64,000 nucleotides of DNA from Spirogloea muscicola (Eukaryota), in the NCBI GenBank assembly GCA_009602725.1, contig WELB01000023.1, forward strand, positions 795,977-859,976. Direction: 5' to 3'. The notes below the pieces were generated by a model, which was not told the origin of the DNA, searched no databases, and was given only the letters and a program-made list of their open reading frames with translations. A program made the translations under genes and the position numbers. Of the stretch, positions 21,538-36,100 are shown piece by piece. Within the stretch, counting starts at the first letter, position 1. Each line of letters starts with the position of its first letter.

Positions 21538-24500
21538 TTGCTTGACAGATAGTAGTTGTCACAACAGTCTACGGGTTTCATAGTTGGCAGGTCTTATTGC
21601 CGAGCCCCATAAGAACACGACAGGAAAGGCATAAGAAGCTGAGTTGTGCACTATGATAACACCTCAGATAGCCAGCATGCAGAAGTTCTGGACCAGCATG
21701 TTATCATGGTTGTTCTCCCATTGAACTTGCACTTGGGCTGCTTGTCAGTAAGCCTCCGCGTTGTAGATGGCTGCTTACAAGTCGCTCTGTAAATGAGCAA
21801 CTCATTTCATTCAAGTCCTTCTAGTCACCTGCATTACAGTGTCCGCAGATCATGTGTGACAAGCAAGTTGTGGCAAGGCTTGACTGATTAGGGCTTTTCT
21901 GCACTTGGGTTGATGATGACAGAGTCAGTACTGCGATCTCATAAAGCTCGCAGCCCGCTTCTCTGTATATCGCACACGCCCAACTCCGCCCTGCAGTCCT
22001 TGTAAGTGCAAGTCCTGCTGCTTGGTGGCAATTGTCGACAGGGCTACTGGCCAGCAGTGGCTTGGGGTATTGTCGACAGGGCTACTGGCCAGCAGCAGCA
22101 GCAGCAGCAGCATGTGGAGGACGAGGAGCCTGGAATTCTAATCCAAGTGGAGTGGAGCAAGATCATCAAGCTGATGACTTACACGCCCAATGTTATTGTG
22201 GTAGGGGGCCACACTAAACAGGAGGCCTCACATATGCCTCAAGTTGCTGTGGACAACACAATGCAGCGCAACTCTGCACAGATTCTGGACTGCAGCGGAA
22301 TGGAGATTCTGAGCGGCTCCTTTGTGTCTCTTATTTTAGCTTTAAATTTCTATCCGAAGACTGTGCACTCAACAGTCAGTCTTCAGTCCTATGAGTTATT
22401 GTCTCCGGAGGGGACATTGATCCAGGTGGACTGCTTTTGCTCACATGCTTTCTGCATGCTTGTCCAAATATTGATGCTTGTGTGCCTCAATATGACTTTG
22501 AGAGAGACAATAGGTACTTACCTTGTCTCAGTAGAAAGAGAATGTGAGAGGTGTACCAATCCAAGAGTTCAAATAAGCGGTTGCATTAAAGTGCGTCCTT
22601 TGACTTGACAGTGGGAAACATAAGATTTCACGATGTTGCTCACTGCTTGAGAAACAGGCTTGATGTCACTTCTTGGCGGTTTCTTCTGCAGAGTCTACAT
22701 AGAGAAGGGCGCGAAGCTGCACTAACAGCAAAATTGGTTCAACATCCGCCTGGTCAGCAGCTTGATTGGATGCTTACGGCAACCATGTCCCCTTGTCATG
22801 TCAATGTAGGCAACTCTGTCCCTCAAGCTTGAGAACCACACGAGGTCATAGCACAGGACCCCTCCTCGTCTTGCCTTGCTGCATTCACACCCGCTCTACC
22901 TGTGAAGATGGACTTGTTACTCATGAAGCACCTTCTGCTTGTTGGCCTAAGATCTGGAGAAGTAGCGCAGATAGATTCTTCAAGTATTTGAAGAGCGGCG
23001 AAGAGGCCAGCCCCAGCCTCGTCCTCGAAACAGCTGCTGCTGTACAGGTAACTGACATCCCATTCATATCAAGAGAGTGAAGGAGCAGTGCAATGCGCAT
23101 AGATCCTAGTGGGATGATACCTCAGAGTTTGGTCTGGGCAGCATATGGTCTGGGAACGAAGCATCACATCGGGTGCCATGTACGGAGTCCTATGCTGCAG
23201 GGTTGCAGGGCATGCCGACTGACAATGGCATGTTGATGAGGCGAGCAGAGTCAATTGGAGGCAGTCCGTAAGCAGGCGCAAGAGCAGCTGCAGTTGGTCC
23301 TCCAAGAACGCAGCCGGTTGGTACAGTAGAGCACCCTGCTTTGACTGTCCATGCTGCAACCACGCAGCAGATATGTGGCAGTGCATTGTGTGCTGCCGAC
23401 TGACTAGTTCTGTCTGTGGTTTTGTAGATTCTCTTTGGACCTGGACCTTGATGCCCTCAAGGTCACGATCCCAGTTTTGGACTCAGGCGGCGACGTGTGC
23501 AGTACACAGCTCTTGGTTGACCTCGGTCATTTCCGGCTACAGACAGAACCGGTACCGCAGTACCGGCTGTCATCCTCTATTATCTCCTTCTTGAATAGAG
23601 ATTTGCGAGACACTGAAGATATTAATCTGCACGTGTGCAGGAAGGGAGTGGCCAGGATGAAGACGGCAACAGCCGGCTGTACATGCGATTCCGGTTGGAA
23701 GGCAGCGACATATCTGCTTTTCTTGCTGATGGTGCTTACGATTGGGCTAACCCTCTTGAAATGGGGGGGATGCAAAATGCGGCTAGTGGTGCAAGCACCG
23801 AGGACGGCGACAGCATCACAGGCCGGAAGACGCCACTCATACTTCCTGTTTTAGATCGCTGCTCCATGTCCGTTGCATTACACCAGGTAAAGAAAGGGAG
23901 CTGATGATCATGATGGCAATCTGCCACTTTCATTGTGCTGTTGAAGGAGCTTCCTGCTTCTGTACACGGTTGAGAGGGCTTGCTGTTCCCGTGGCTGCCT
24001 GTGTGCAGATCCTGGTTGAGCACGCATCGTTGCCGGTCACTCGAGTGGGCATGCGGGTGCCCCAGCTTGGCTTCCACTTTTCGCCTGCACGCTACCGAAG
24101 GCTCATGGCCGTCGTGTCCGCTCTGAGCTCGGCGGCAGATCCAGAGAGCTCGACCTCCTCTTCCATAACGGAGCACCCTCAGCAGGATGTTGCATGGAAG
24201 CAGAAAGCCGACCTGTCGAGCGATCTATCTGTACTGACTTGGACGGTGAATGCCTTCTTAAGCCAGAGCACACTGAGAGAGGAATGGCTGCTATTGCAGA
24301 CAGATTGGATTCTTGGTCCTACTGTCCTCTCACAGTCTTCTGCCAAAGTCTCTGCTTGTGCATGCCATTGGTGCATCCTGGTGGGTTGGTCGGCCATAAA
24401 GGATGCACGTGTAGCAACAGCAGGGCTGTAATTACCCTGTATATTGAGATACTTGCCCTCCCGCATGCTTTGCAGGGCCTAGGCAACAAGGTGGCCGAGT

Positions 24501-26911
24501 GGCAACCTCGATGGTGCGTTCTTGCAAGTATTTACTTTTATGTTCTGGAACACGAACACTCCTCGACATACTTGCAGTATGTCAGGTAAATGTCGTGAAC
24601 ATTGCCAACAAAATCACACTGCCCCAAAGCATCCTCATCTTTAATGGCAGGGTCCTAGATCTGCCACCCTATGTGAGTGCTATACCCCTAAGTCCAAGAC
24701 TACTCAAGAATTCTCAGCAGAAGAGCAGAGCTACTAGTCATCTGACTAAGCTGTCCTGTGTACAGCTTGGTTGGCAAGCAAATTGTCGAAGTCCCACCAG
24801 AGTGTATTGGCGGTTCGCAGCATGTGCTGGCCATCACTGCACGAGGATCCGACGTCTCCAAGGTGATCATGACTAATCTTTGCATGGAACAAATCAAAGA
24901 GTAGTCAGTTGGATGCAGCAAGCACCGGCCACACACGGCAGCTATTAACAAGTGTAAGCAGCACTGGAAGAGCCTACTTGATTGCTTAACTAGGAGCTGT
25001 GCAGATCCATGAATCAAGACAAGCAATTATCCTGCAAGCCAAGGACAAGGATGTCAAGGACACCTGGTTGGACCAGCTGATAACCGCCGTCTACCTGACC
25101 TCTGTACTTTTCGTGTGCCACACGTCTTGGTATTGACTTGTTCACATGTTGTTAGGTCTTGGAGTTGATCAGGACTCAGCGCTTGAGGTCCCAAGTGTCG
25201 GCATAGAGGTCGAGCTTGTACTCCAAGTCCTCTGAGCTTCTCAATTCAACTGAGGCTTGACACTTGTCTGACACTCGTTCTGGGATGTGCTGCAGGCTCG
25301 TGCCGCGGTAGCAGGCTTTGAAGACGATCAAGAAGCAGAAAGTCCAGGAGGCGCAGATGCACAGGTGGAAGAAAGTGGTGAGCAAGCAGAGCAAGCAGAT
25401 GCTGGCAGTCAGCAACAGCTTTTTGTGATTGGAGTCCTGGATGAGCTCAAGCTTTCGCTCAGTACACAGGTGAGCATTTGTCCCAGAGTAAGTGCATACC
25501 TCGTTTTGCATTTCACACAAGGCACTTGCACTGGAGTTCATTGTCAATATCAGGAGGAATCAGGCCATCTCACAGTGCCACACATTGTGGTAGTCCGTCT
25601 CTGATGGCATTGACAACTGGACAGGATGTCTAAGCAGTCTGCAGTGCTGAGAAGTCTGCAATGTGGGACAGTCTGCATGTACCCACTTCTGAAAGGCTGC
25701 TTCAAGACGATGACCACTTCCCATTCTATGCACCATAGACCTTATTCACAGCAGTTGAAGTCGTGGCACCTTCTCATATCCTGGCTTGCAGACACAGACT
25801 GCAAAGGATCACAGAGATGCCAAGGACCTTGAAGAGGTAGCTCTTCTCGAGTTACGAGCAAGTACAGCAAAGGTTCATCCACCCCTCAAAGCACGCAGCG
25901 GTGTGAGAGCTGTAGCATTGTGCATTGAGCAACAAAAGGTTGTCTGCCCCTGCAGGGTCGTGGATGAGTCTGAACGGGAGCTGGGGTGGGGTAGGTGGAG
26001 TTTGAGCAACGGCTCTACGATCTCTCTCTGGCGGTGGCGCTCAGAGCTCTTCAGATTGAGGACCTGCTTTCTGGATCCATTGCACCTTCCTGCCGACACA
26101 TGGTTCAGTCTGCTTCTGTGTTGGAGCAGTCAGCAGCGGCCTCTCCAGACGATCTTGACGGTGGAGCAAGGCATCCGGTACCTGTAGGTGACGAAGCGGA
26201 GGAGATAGATGACGAGGACAGCTTCGCAGATGCCGTGGAAGAGCTTCCAGGATCACCGGACTCCACATCAGCTACCCCAAAGAGACGAGTGCAGCCTAGG
26301 CAGGGCGTAGAACCCAAGGAGCAGCAGGTCATGGTTGCTCTTGATGCACCTTCGTTTGAGGGCGCAGGAGGGCTCCTTCACTTATCAAATGCACCTTCTA
26401 AGTCCAGCAACTTTGTGATTATGCAGCTTAGTATGCTAGGATCCAAGTCTCCAGACTATGACAACACAGACATGCAGATGTTCATCCGCATGACCACCTT
26501 GGAGCTCAACTGCAACCGACCTACTCTTGTTGCACTCATGGAGTTTGGAGCTCATCTCACCCTAGACAATGTTGCACAAGATGTGGATGAGCCTGGCCGA
26601 GCAGAGGCAGCCACAGTAGAAGAGCCAGAGGCAGGTCAGGTGGCAGCACCAGACACCAAGAATGTTATGGCTGGTCTCCTAGGCAGGGGCAAGACCTGTA
26701 CTACATTCCGCCTGCTCATGGATATGGAGAGTGCACATGTAGCGCTCAATTTGGAAGATGGCTCTCAGCTGGCCACCTTGGCTGAAGAGAACCTTCACCC
26801 TGACTTCCGGGTCTGTATACTCTCTTTCCCTGCCTTGATTGGGGCACCTGTCCTTTTACGGCAGAATGTACTCCTGGACATGACTTCCATGCTTGTGGCA
26901 CTCTTTATCCG

Positions 26912-27160
26912 TTCTAAGCTTTTGATGCTCTGCAGCTTCGGAGTCTTTGCACAACTTTCAGCTGTTACAGCTTCTTGGGTTCCTCAGAGGTCGCATTTAC
27001 AAAGTCTGCATGGTTGTTACTCTGTAGCTCCATCCATTCTAAGCTCTTGATGCTCTGCAGCTTCGGAGTCTTTGCACAAGTTTCAGCTGTTACAGCTTCT
27101 TGGGTTCCTCAGAGGTCGCATTTACAAAATCTGGATGGTTATTACTCTGCAGCTCCATCC
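26912..27160 (+). repeat. Tandem duplication (~125 bp x2) of an intron 3' end and splice acceptor in VPS13
   Basis: TTCTAAGCT...CTCCATCC starts at 26912 and at 27037. Confidence 0.9.
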
Positions 27161-30100
27161 CATGTCGATGGCTGTCAATGTGGATTTTGGGAATTTGCGC
27201 ATATGCGACTCACGGCTGGGCAGTGATCACCAGTGGGGCTACATGTGCAACATTCGCGACCCCAATTCATCGTCGCTTGTCTCGGTATGTGTGTCAACTT
27301 TGGGATGACTTTGCATGAGGGTTTCCAAGATGTGATTGTTGTTCGAGGTGACCTGCAGTAAAGGACAGGCATGTCGTCAATCAATTAGCTACAGCAACTT
27401 ACCCCTGAATGCTACTATTTGGTGGAAGTTGCTCCGCAAATTGCTCCAAATCAAGTTGCTCCACAACTTCGCATATCTGTCAAGCTTGTCTGCTATTTCT
27501 GCTGGTGAATTTGCCAGATCAAGTTTCTGAGCTTCAGCAAGGACGATGATGATTACAAGGGCTTTGAATACAGTCTAAGTGGGAGCCTATCAGCTGTTCG
27601 CATTATCTTCCTGTACCGCTTCATTCAGGAGGTTACCAGCATCCCTTTATCTGTCCATTAATATCGACAAGCTCCCAGTATTCAACATGCAATCCTCTTA
27701 AATAGCCCATGTGCTAGCTGCTCCTCACTTGCTAACCCTTCTCCGCTAAACAAATCGGTTGTGCAGTTGGCAACATACTTTTCTGCCTTGGCAACGCCCA
27801 CAGCTGGCCAGGTTGTGTCTGTCTTGGATCCAGTGGGTGGCTTTGAGCGACTCATCCAACAGTCAGACATGGCTGGCCAACCTGGCTTGTCGCTGGACTT
27901 CAAGCTTGACAGCCCACTCATTGTCATGCCCCAAGATTCAAACGCACATGAGTGAGTTGCAATGTGCAGCCTCTGCCTTGCTTTTGATCTTGAGTTGTCC
28001 AACTGCTTGGTTATCCTAGCTACAGGCTGAGGCCTCACGATCATATGGCAGGATATATCATCTTGTTGTCGTTCACCTATGGCACTTATGTGCTACGCAG
28101 AGCGTTTCTAGCGTTGGGCTTTCACTGCATGCTTGTGCATGCTTCAAGTGTATGCTTCACCCTAGTGTTTTGTCTTCTTTGAGCAGCTACATCCAGCTTA
28201 ACGTGGGTACCATGACAGTCTCCAATTCTGTGAGCTGGCGTGGTGGAAATTGCGAGTTCCCAGCAGCAGTTCATCTTGACACTATTGACATCTAAGTAAG
28301 CTTCTGCTTTGTGTTCATCAACCTCCTGGCTGACAGCAATTTGGGAATGCCGTGTGGGGCTTGCTGAATCCTGAAACCTCAGGACAGTTGCTGTACGTCA
28401 AACATGGCACCCGTATGCGTCAGCTTGCAGCTCAATGCAGATGACTGTTCTGTAATGTGCTTCTCGCCGCTTCTGATTGCCCAGACTCAAGATTTGAATC
28501 TGTTGGTGGGAGTTAATGGCAAGGAGAGCAAGCCCATGATGCAGCATGCTGCTGCACTTACAGTAACAGTGCGCCGGCCGCTGAGAGATTTATTCAAACT
28601 GGTGCCATCCCTTGATGTGGATATTCAGGTCCTGCCTACAGGGGCCTCTCCCACGATGTCAAATTTCTGCTTCGATGCTGCCTCTCACTTACTGCCTCCC
28701 TTTGAGTTCCTATTGCTGTGTGCTGCAAGCCAGTGGTGGCTGCTCCCTCAGAATAAAATCATAAAATTGCATATGCGCAGGTGAAGAGGCTTGATTTGGC
28801 GATGTCAGAAAGAGAGTATGGCATTGTGACCTCTTGCGCAGGTGCCAATATGAGTGAGACTCCCAACTTGCCGGAAGACTTTCGTGCAGACTGGCAACTG
28901 CCACCCAGCGAAAACAAGAGCAGACCTGCTCAAGCTAGCATTGCTCAGGCAGCAGCAAGCCAAGTTGCGGTTCCTGCCACGGCATCCGGTCCTGCAACAA
29001 GCATGCGGGTGGTGGTGAATGTGATGCAAGCAGACTTGGAGCTGTACCTGGATATTGATCGAGAGGCTTCGCTAGCACGTATGCAGGTCAAGGGTCTCTG
29101 GGTAGAGTACCGAACAACTACGGCGGGAGAGATGGGGTTCCTTCTTACAATTCCCACCCTCAGCGTTGAAGATATGAGAGCAGGCAACAAGCCAGAAATG
29201 CGCCTCATGATGGGGTCCATGACGGAAACTGACCGCTGGCCAGGTGCGGCTGCGCTGAAGCAGAGCCGGGATGAGGGCAATGCACAGTCGTGCTGTCCCC
29301 TGACAATGGTTGTGATGGATGTGCGCTTCAAGCCCACCTCCCAGGCAGGGGTGATACGCATCCAGCGACCTCGAGTGCTAGTTGTGCTGGACTTCCTGCT
29401 TGCAGTCGGAGAGTTCTTCGTACCTTCTCTTGGACTGGTTGGCGGCGGTCGCGGCGGCAGCAGCGCAGCGGATCCTTTAACTGGGCCAAACGGGCACATC
29501 CAGCTCACAGGAGCCAGGCACAATCAGCAGAAGAAATTGAGGCGCTCTCGCCAGACCGGCAACTTGTTGCAGATGCACCCGATGTGGACAGCTATGAATA
29601 CGATGGCCAAGGGAATACGCTTCAGCTGCTGGAGCATTCTGATGGAGACGTCCTTTCCTGTGCTCCAAGCTCGCCCTTGATTGTCGTGGGCCATGGCAAG
29701 ACATTGCGGTTCAGAAACATCCACATTCTGGTCATCCCTTTCCCCATTCATGTCTCATGCCCCATTCTAGCTTTTAGGCAAAGTAGAGGGAGGCAGCTAA
29801 CCAATTGTGGCACTGCGATGTTAAGCAGCAGCCTCCTGTACTATTGCTGCAGGGTGGAGCCCATCTGTGGGCCAGTGTGAAGCTTGGAAGCAACAGTCGC
29901 TACATGGCGCTCAAGGAAGATAATGTGGAGCTGTTGAAAACTGCGAGCACACACCCTGATGGTGCAAAGATCGACTCTCCACTCGCTGTCAACAAGCAGG
30001 GCACAGAAGCTTCAGCTTCAAGCATCACCTCTACCGAGCCGTCATCTGCAAAAAGCACAGATCAGGAGTCTGCCAACTTTGTCTTTGATCTGCAGGTGCT

Positions 30101-33100
30101 TTTGTCATGTGCCCTAACTTTCCACATGCAATGAGAGCCCATCTTTCTTCATGACATGCTAATGTTGAATGTGGCCCCCAGCACAAATGACTTGCAGCAG
30201 ATTTCACCATGTGGCTTCACATACTGGCCGTGTCTTTACTGCTTGCAAGCATTGCTTAGTGCTTTGATTACTTGGGTGATATCTTTCCATTCTAATGCCA
30301 CTGAATGAATCTACACAGGCAGTAGCCCCCGAGCTCACCTTCTATGATGGCACCAAGTGGCCTGTCAGCAGCGGCATACATCCTGACCGCCTTCTCCGGT
30401 CACGCTTCGACCTCAATGTCACGTGAGTCTGCATGCATGATCTTGCTGATGATTGCCATGCCATCACCCAGATGTGGGTGCTAAAGTATGTCCTGTGTGC
30501 TGAAAGGGAGAGTCTGACTGCCTCGCCATGGCTGTGCAGGCTGGCAATGAAAGGCACCGAGCGGTGGATGGTGGCGCATGGGAAGGGCTTTGTGATTGAG
30601 GCTTCCTCTGGGTCGAGCATCCTGGAGCCGCTGAACGTGATGCTGGAGTACTCGCTTATGCAGGGCACTACCACAATGTCGCTCAATGTTTCCGATGTGG
30701 CCGTCCGACTGTCCTTCTCCGCTCTCCGCTTAATTCTGCGCCTTCAAGCTGATCTCCTGGCAACTTTCCACGTCCGAGGCGATTTGCTTGTCACCCACTG
30801 TCGGCATTTTGATCGCATCTATTTGAGTACAAGTGGTGAGCCTGCTAACCTCTCCTGTGATTTGGATAGTGAATTGGAGACCTACTGAGCTCTGCTTATT
30901 GATGAGCTCGCTCTGCAGCAGATGGTGGTGGAAGTCTCCGGCAACCAATTGCAATATGGCGTCCCAGGCCCCCCCCGGCTATGCCATTGTCAGCCATTGT
31001 GCAACTTCTGGGTAGGAAGCTTCTCTTGTACTGGTCGAGCATTACAGCCGCCTTGGTTGCTGTAGGCCCTTGTCAAGGGAAATAGCCTTCTCTCAAGTGC
31101 CATCCGATATGCTCACCCAGCATGACATTCCTGCTCTGCCGGCCATCTTGTCAGGACTGGGCCCCCTTCTCAGGCGGTTGTGGCAGTGAGCACAAGCTTT
31201 GGTCGTGTGAAGAAGCCTGTGAAGTACAACAAGATCTGGGCCACTGCTGAGTCTGGAGACCAGATGTGCACCTTCTGGCTGCCAGTGCCTCCGAGGGGGT
31301 ACGCAGCACTGGGCTGCATCGGCCAGAAAGGGCAGCAGCCACCCCCAATCAAATCCGTCTGCTGTGTGCGTGAGGACCTGCTGTCGACAGCCACTTTCAG
31401 CGACTGCATAGCCTTCCTGCCACCGAGCTCGACTGTGTGAGTGCTGCACTGCACGTCCCACTTCTGATTGACAAGCCTGTGTACCTCATTCTCGATCATC
31501 AACCATGGTATGCACAGCATGGATGACTTTACGGCCCCTGCTTGTGTATCGCAGAGGGGATAAAGGAGCGAGCATATGGAGGGTGGAAAACTCGGTTGGC
31601 TCCTTCTTGGTGCAGGCAAATCTAGATCCACCTGCCAGGGTTCGTGCCAGGGATATTGTTGCCTCGTTTGCAGGCCAACTTGTGCCACTAGCTGGGGTGA
31701 CAGAGGAAGATCGTGCCCCGTTGCCTACGTCGCCAAGACCAGACCCTGTATCAACGAGTTGGAGGTCCTTGGACCGAAGGTCTATTCCTTTCACATCATC
31801 TTCACGGCAAGGTGGTCGACAGTACACCAGCACTCCCAGCTTTGAGCGCATATGGTGGGACGAAGGCACAACAGCAGGCCTTGCCGGGCGCCATGTCTCC
31901 ATGTGGCGTCCACAAGCGCCGGCTGGCTACTCTATCCTTGGGGACTGTGCGGTGGATGGGTAAGCACCCCCGTGGCTGTCACTGCGCGATGTGTCTTGCA
32001 TGCAAGGCGTGTGCCTAATCCTCCGTATTTGTTGATCACGTGCAACAGCTACGAGCCACCCAGCTTGGGCCTCGTGGTGCGAGACGATGACAGCGGGGCT
32101 GTCGCAAAGCCAAAGCGCTTCCAACTCAGGGCCGAGCTGCGGGGATTGAGGGGACTTGAGGACTGCTGCTTCTGGTTCCCTGTGGCTCCACCAGGCAGTC
32201 GCTCTCGGCTGCGTGGGTGCCAGGGGCTTGCAGCCTCCTGCAGTAGACTGCTGCCGCTGCCTTCGCATGGACCTTGCAAGCCAGGGCACGTTTGCTACAA
32301 GGGCTTTGTGGTCATTACCCCTCCCGTCATCGAGCAGCAAGGCAGGCGCGGCTTCAGCATGCACCATCTGGACAGTCGAAAATCCGGCTAAAACCTTCAT
32401 ATGCAGAGCTGACAACAAGAAGCCACCATGGCGCATGGCCTACAGCTTGGCAGAAGTAGGAAAGAAGAAGCTGCCTGACAATGTGAATGCAGAAATCAAG
32501 ATCGGTCGCATCTCCTGCACTCTTCTTGATGATCTCAGCGGTCTGGTGAGTGCGTCAGCACCATCATTCACTCGTTGCAGGTGAAGAAGCGGCACCCATG
32601 GCGATGGCACTACGTGTTCACAAAGAATCCGTTTTCATCGAAGTCCATGTTGGAGCACTCAGTAGTCCTGACTACCACCTGTTATGCCAGGGCCAAGCTC
32701 TTTATCAAGCTTAACCTCTACTTGGCGGTTGTCGACACCGCCTGTGATGGTGCCTGTCTGCAGACGACACCAGTAGTTGATTCGACAGTTATGGCTCTCA
32801 ATGTGGCTGCCGATGGACGACCGGAGGCCTTGAATGCAGTGGCCGTGACGTCCTTGGCTGCGTCCACTTTCAACACGCAGCTAGACACATGGGAGCCCTT
32901 GCTGGAGCCCTTTGAGGGCATCTTCAAGTAAGCCGCCTCCTACCATGACTCCTCAATGCTGGTCATGCCTCCCTCACTGCGTGCAAGCTTCTGAACCTGA
33001 GCTTTTCCAGGTATGAGTCCAACCACGGCGGATCTGAGGCAGCTCTCAAGGCTGGCACACAAATTCGCATCGCAGCAAAAAGCATTGTCAACCTGAACGT

Positions 33101-36100
33101 CACTGCAGCCAACACTGAGTCCCTCACAAATGCTGCTCTGGGTTGGCATAAGGCCTCTGAGCTAGAGCAGACTGATCGAATCAACATTCAGCTGGTAAGA
33201 AGTCCCTGCTCCCAGATCTGCAATCATCTGCCTCTAGCGCCTCTTAAGACAAAGCTGAGCATGTGCCCTGATCTCTGCAGGGGGCAGCTAAGGTGGAGCA
33301 ACCAGGGAATGTGCAAGCACCGGCTCTGGATCAGAAAGAGGAGTCTTGCATCGTTCTGGACAATGCACTAGGGTGTGCCATGTACGCACAAATGGCTGCA
33401 GATGGCTTCTCGGCTGTGGTGACACTGGCAGCTGGAGAGGCCTCTGTGCTCCAAATCCCCCCACGACGCTACCCGGGCCTTGTCACTGATGACCTTCTGA
33501 CATCAACCTCCTCAGCATACCTTCCCCGTCACTTCGTTGCTGCGCACGTCTTTGGCGCCCAGGTGAGAGATTTTATGCCACTTGGCAGGTCGCATCACAC
33601 GAGAAGTTGCAACCGTGCATGGGTACCAACCCCCACTCTCACATGAGTGCAGGACTTGCCGGTGCTCGATGACCTGAGCATGCCCGAGTATCTCTGCGCA
33701 TTGAAGCCTAGCTGTACCCATTTCACCTGCGAGGGACCCCAGTAAGGGTGGGGTACAAGAGGAGGAGTATGAGCTTAGGCCGCTGCCCAAGCAGGTGACG
33801 ACGGCAGTATGTTTTATTGGGTCGCTTGATGCACGCCAGGCATGTTGAAGGATGCAGTGCTTTGCGCATTTTGCAGTGGCCGAGTCGTACTTACTTTTCT
33901 CTTTAATCAGAAATGTTCGGAAAGGAGACTGCATGCTGAGCTTGACAGCAACATCTGAGAACCATGGATGCAGGGAGAAACAGCAGCAAGCAGTGTCAAG
34001 TTGGGTATCATGCGGCTGGGGATCTGCCACTTCACGATTGCAGGGCAGGCACAAGATGTGCAGCGTGCTATTGCTGAAGCTCAGCAAGTAGGCATTGCGG
34101 TGCACACCGGAGCCACATCTGTGCAGATTTCAGATTCACCAGAAGGGCCATGGACTGGTATACGATGGCTGCAGAGCACAGGAATCCGCATTGTCTTATG
34201 CAGGGTTGGCCAACGCGGGCTAGCTGTGGAAGTGCATTCCCTGTCCTCGGAGCGCCTGGGGGCCGGTACTCATGCTCGTCTTCGCTCCCTGGCCACTCTC
34301 GTGAACAACTGCGCTGTGCCCCTGGAAGCACGCTGCTGGCCTAGGGCCTTGCTCGACGAGGCAGGGCCTGCCAGTGAGGCAGCGCAGAGTAGGAGCACAA
34401 CTCTGATGGCGGAGGAGGTATTCGAGAACCAGCGGTATCAGCCAGTAGCAGGGTGGGGCTCCTCTTGGCCTGGCCACCTGCGACCAATGGATCCTCCACG
34501 ATGGACCTCAGCTGATGGCTCCCAATCCTCCTTGGCAGGCGGCTCACGGCACCTCTATGTGGGCGTCGTGGAGCCGGGCAATTCTCAGCCACTTCCATGG
34601 GACAGCGAGGCACCTGGCTCTGACCTCTGCCTGCAGCTGAGGCCACACGCTGGGCCTGGCCAGCCAGCCGTTCACAAATGGGGCCGCTCAGTGCCCCAGC
34701 ATCCCGCTTCCAAAGCAGCTGCCTTCATGCTTGGCGACCTTGGTTGCACAGAGGAGCTGGTGCTCTGTGAGGCCACCGGAGGCCGGGGAAGAGACTCGTT
34801 CTGGCTCAGTGTTGAGGCAGTGAGCAGCCTGCTGCACGGGGAGAGCGGGGGCATGATGGCTGTTGAGGACTGGCGTGTTGTTGCAGCTGCGCCGTTGCGA
34901 GTGGAAAATTGGCTCCCCTGTCGTGCAGAATACACACTGTGGGAGAAGCCTTCCCATTCTCCACCAGCATCTCGCCAACGAGCCATCGCCGAGTCAGGGG
35001 CGACCATACAGTGTCACTCCATCGACGTCCGTCGTCCTATCCTGCTGACGTGGCTACCGCAGGGTGGCTGGAAGCCAGAAAAGGTGAGAAGTGTCAGCTG
35101 CCTGTGCAAGCGCTACAATAACGTGAAAATGTGCATACACATCCCATTCCACCTGGTGCTTGGCTGGTGCAGGAAGCTGTGCTCATCTCGGATACCACTG
35201 CTGGAGATGACCTTCCCACTGGCTTCATGATGACCAACTCTGCCAGCAAGAGGTGTGCAACAGATGTGAAGCCTTGACTTGGGCCCATACCCAGAATTTG
35301 CTTCTGGGCTTGGGCCCAGTCAGTCACATGCAGTCCAATGCCTTAAGGCCTTTAGCCTGGCACTTGTCAAACTTGGACCCCTGAGCAGACGACCGATCTG
35401 AGTGCAGGCAGCTCAGGGTGAGCGTGGAGCACGACATCGGCAAGTCTGAAGTGTCAGCGAAAGTTGTGCGCCTCTTTGTCCCTTACTGGTTGATGAACGA
35501 TGCCAACTTGCCTCTGGCTTATCGGCTCGTGGAGATTAAGGCCTCTGCTGCAAAATCTGAGGAGGAGGGAGGACTTGGAAAATCATTGCCAAGGTCGTCC
35601 TCTGCCAGCAAGCGCGGTGGTCAGCGAAGCATGCCAGCGCCCCTGCAAGCACACAAGGTGCTGCGAGCTCTGGAAAGCATTGATGACACACCTCCCGGGC
35701 AGCCAGCCATGCTCTCCTTGGCCCAGCTGGACCGAGTCGGACTCTCGGTCGCTCTCACCTCCTCAGGCGTCTTCTCATCTGCCATCTGCTTCAAATCCTT
35801 TGAAGATCAGGTGCATACTTCACTACCTTGTGCAGTCGAATTTATGCTGCAATTCGAGTCTAAAAGCTCAACCAGATCAAATCACTGACAGCATTAAGAC
35901 GCAGAGTCAATTCTTTGTGCAAGCACAGCAAACGCAGTCCTGATATCTGACTTCATGCTGTGCAGATGCAACGCGTTGACATGAAAGCTGTGGACCAGCA
36001 TGGTGCTTTCTTCAAGCTGACTGGCTGGCTTGACATGTCCTCCCTTGGCTTTGAGAGAAGCAAGGTGCCAGGCCTTATGCATGATGCACTTCAACTGCAA

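Noticed and set aside
28293..28295. In-frame TAA in VPS13 suggesting TAR-to-Gln code reassignment
   Set aside because: The APT-like gene ends in TAA and the J-domain gene in TAG at expected positions, intact genes have no internal TAR, and VPS13 also has frameshifts. The lipin TAG at 1272 is avoided by an in-phase acceptor at 1222.
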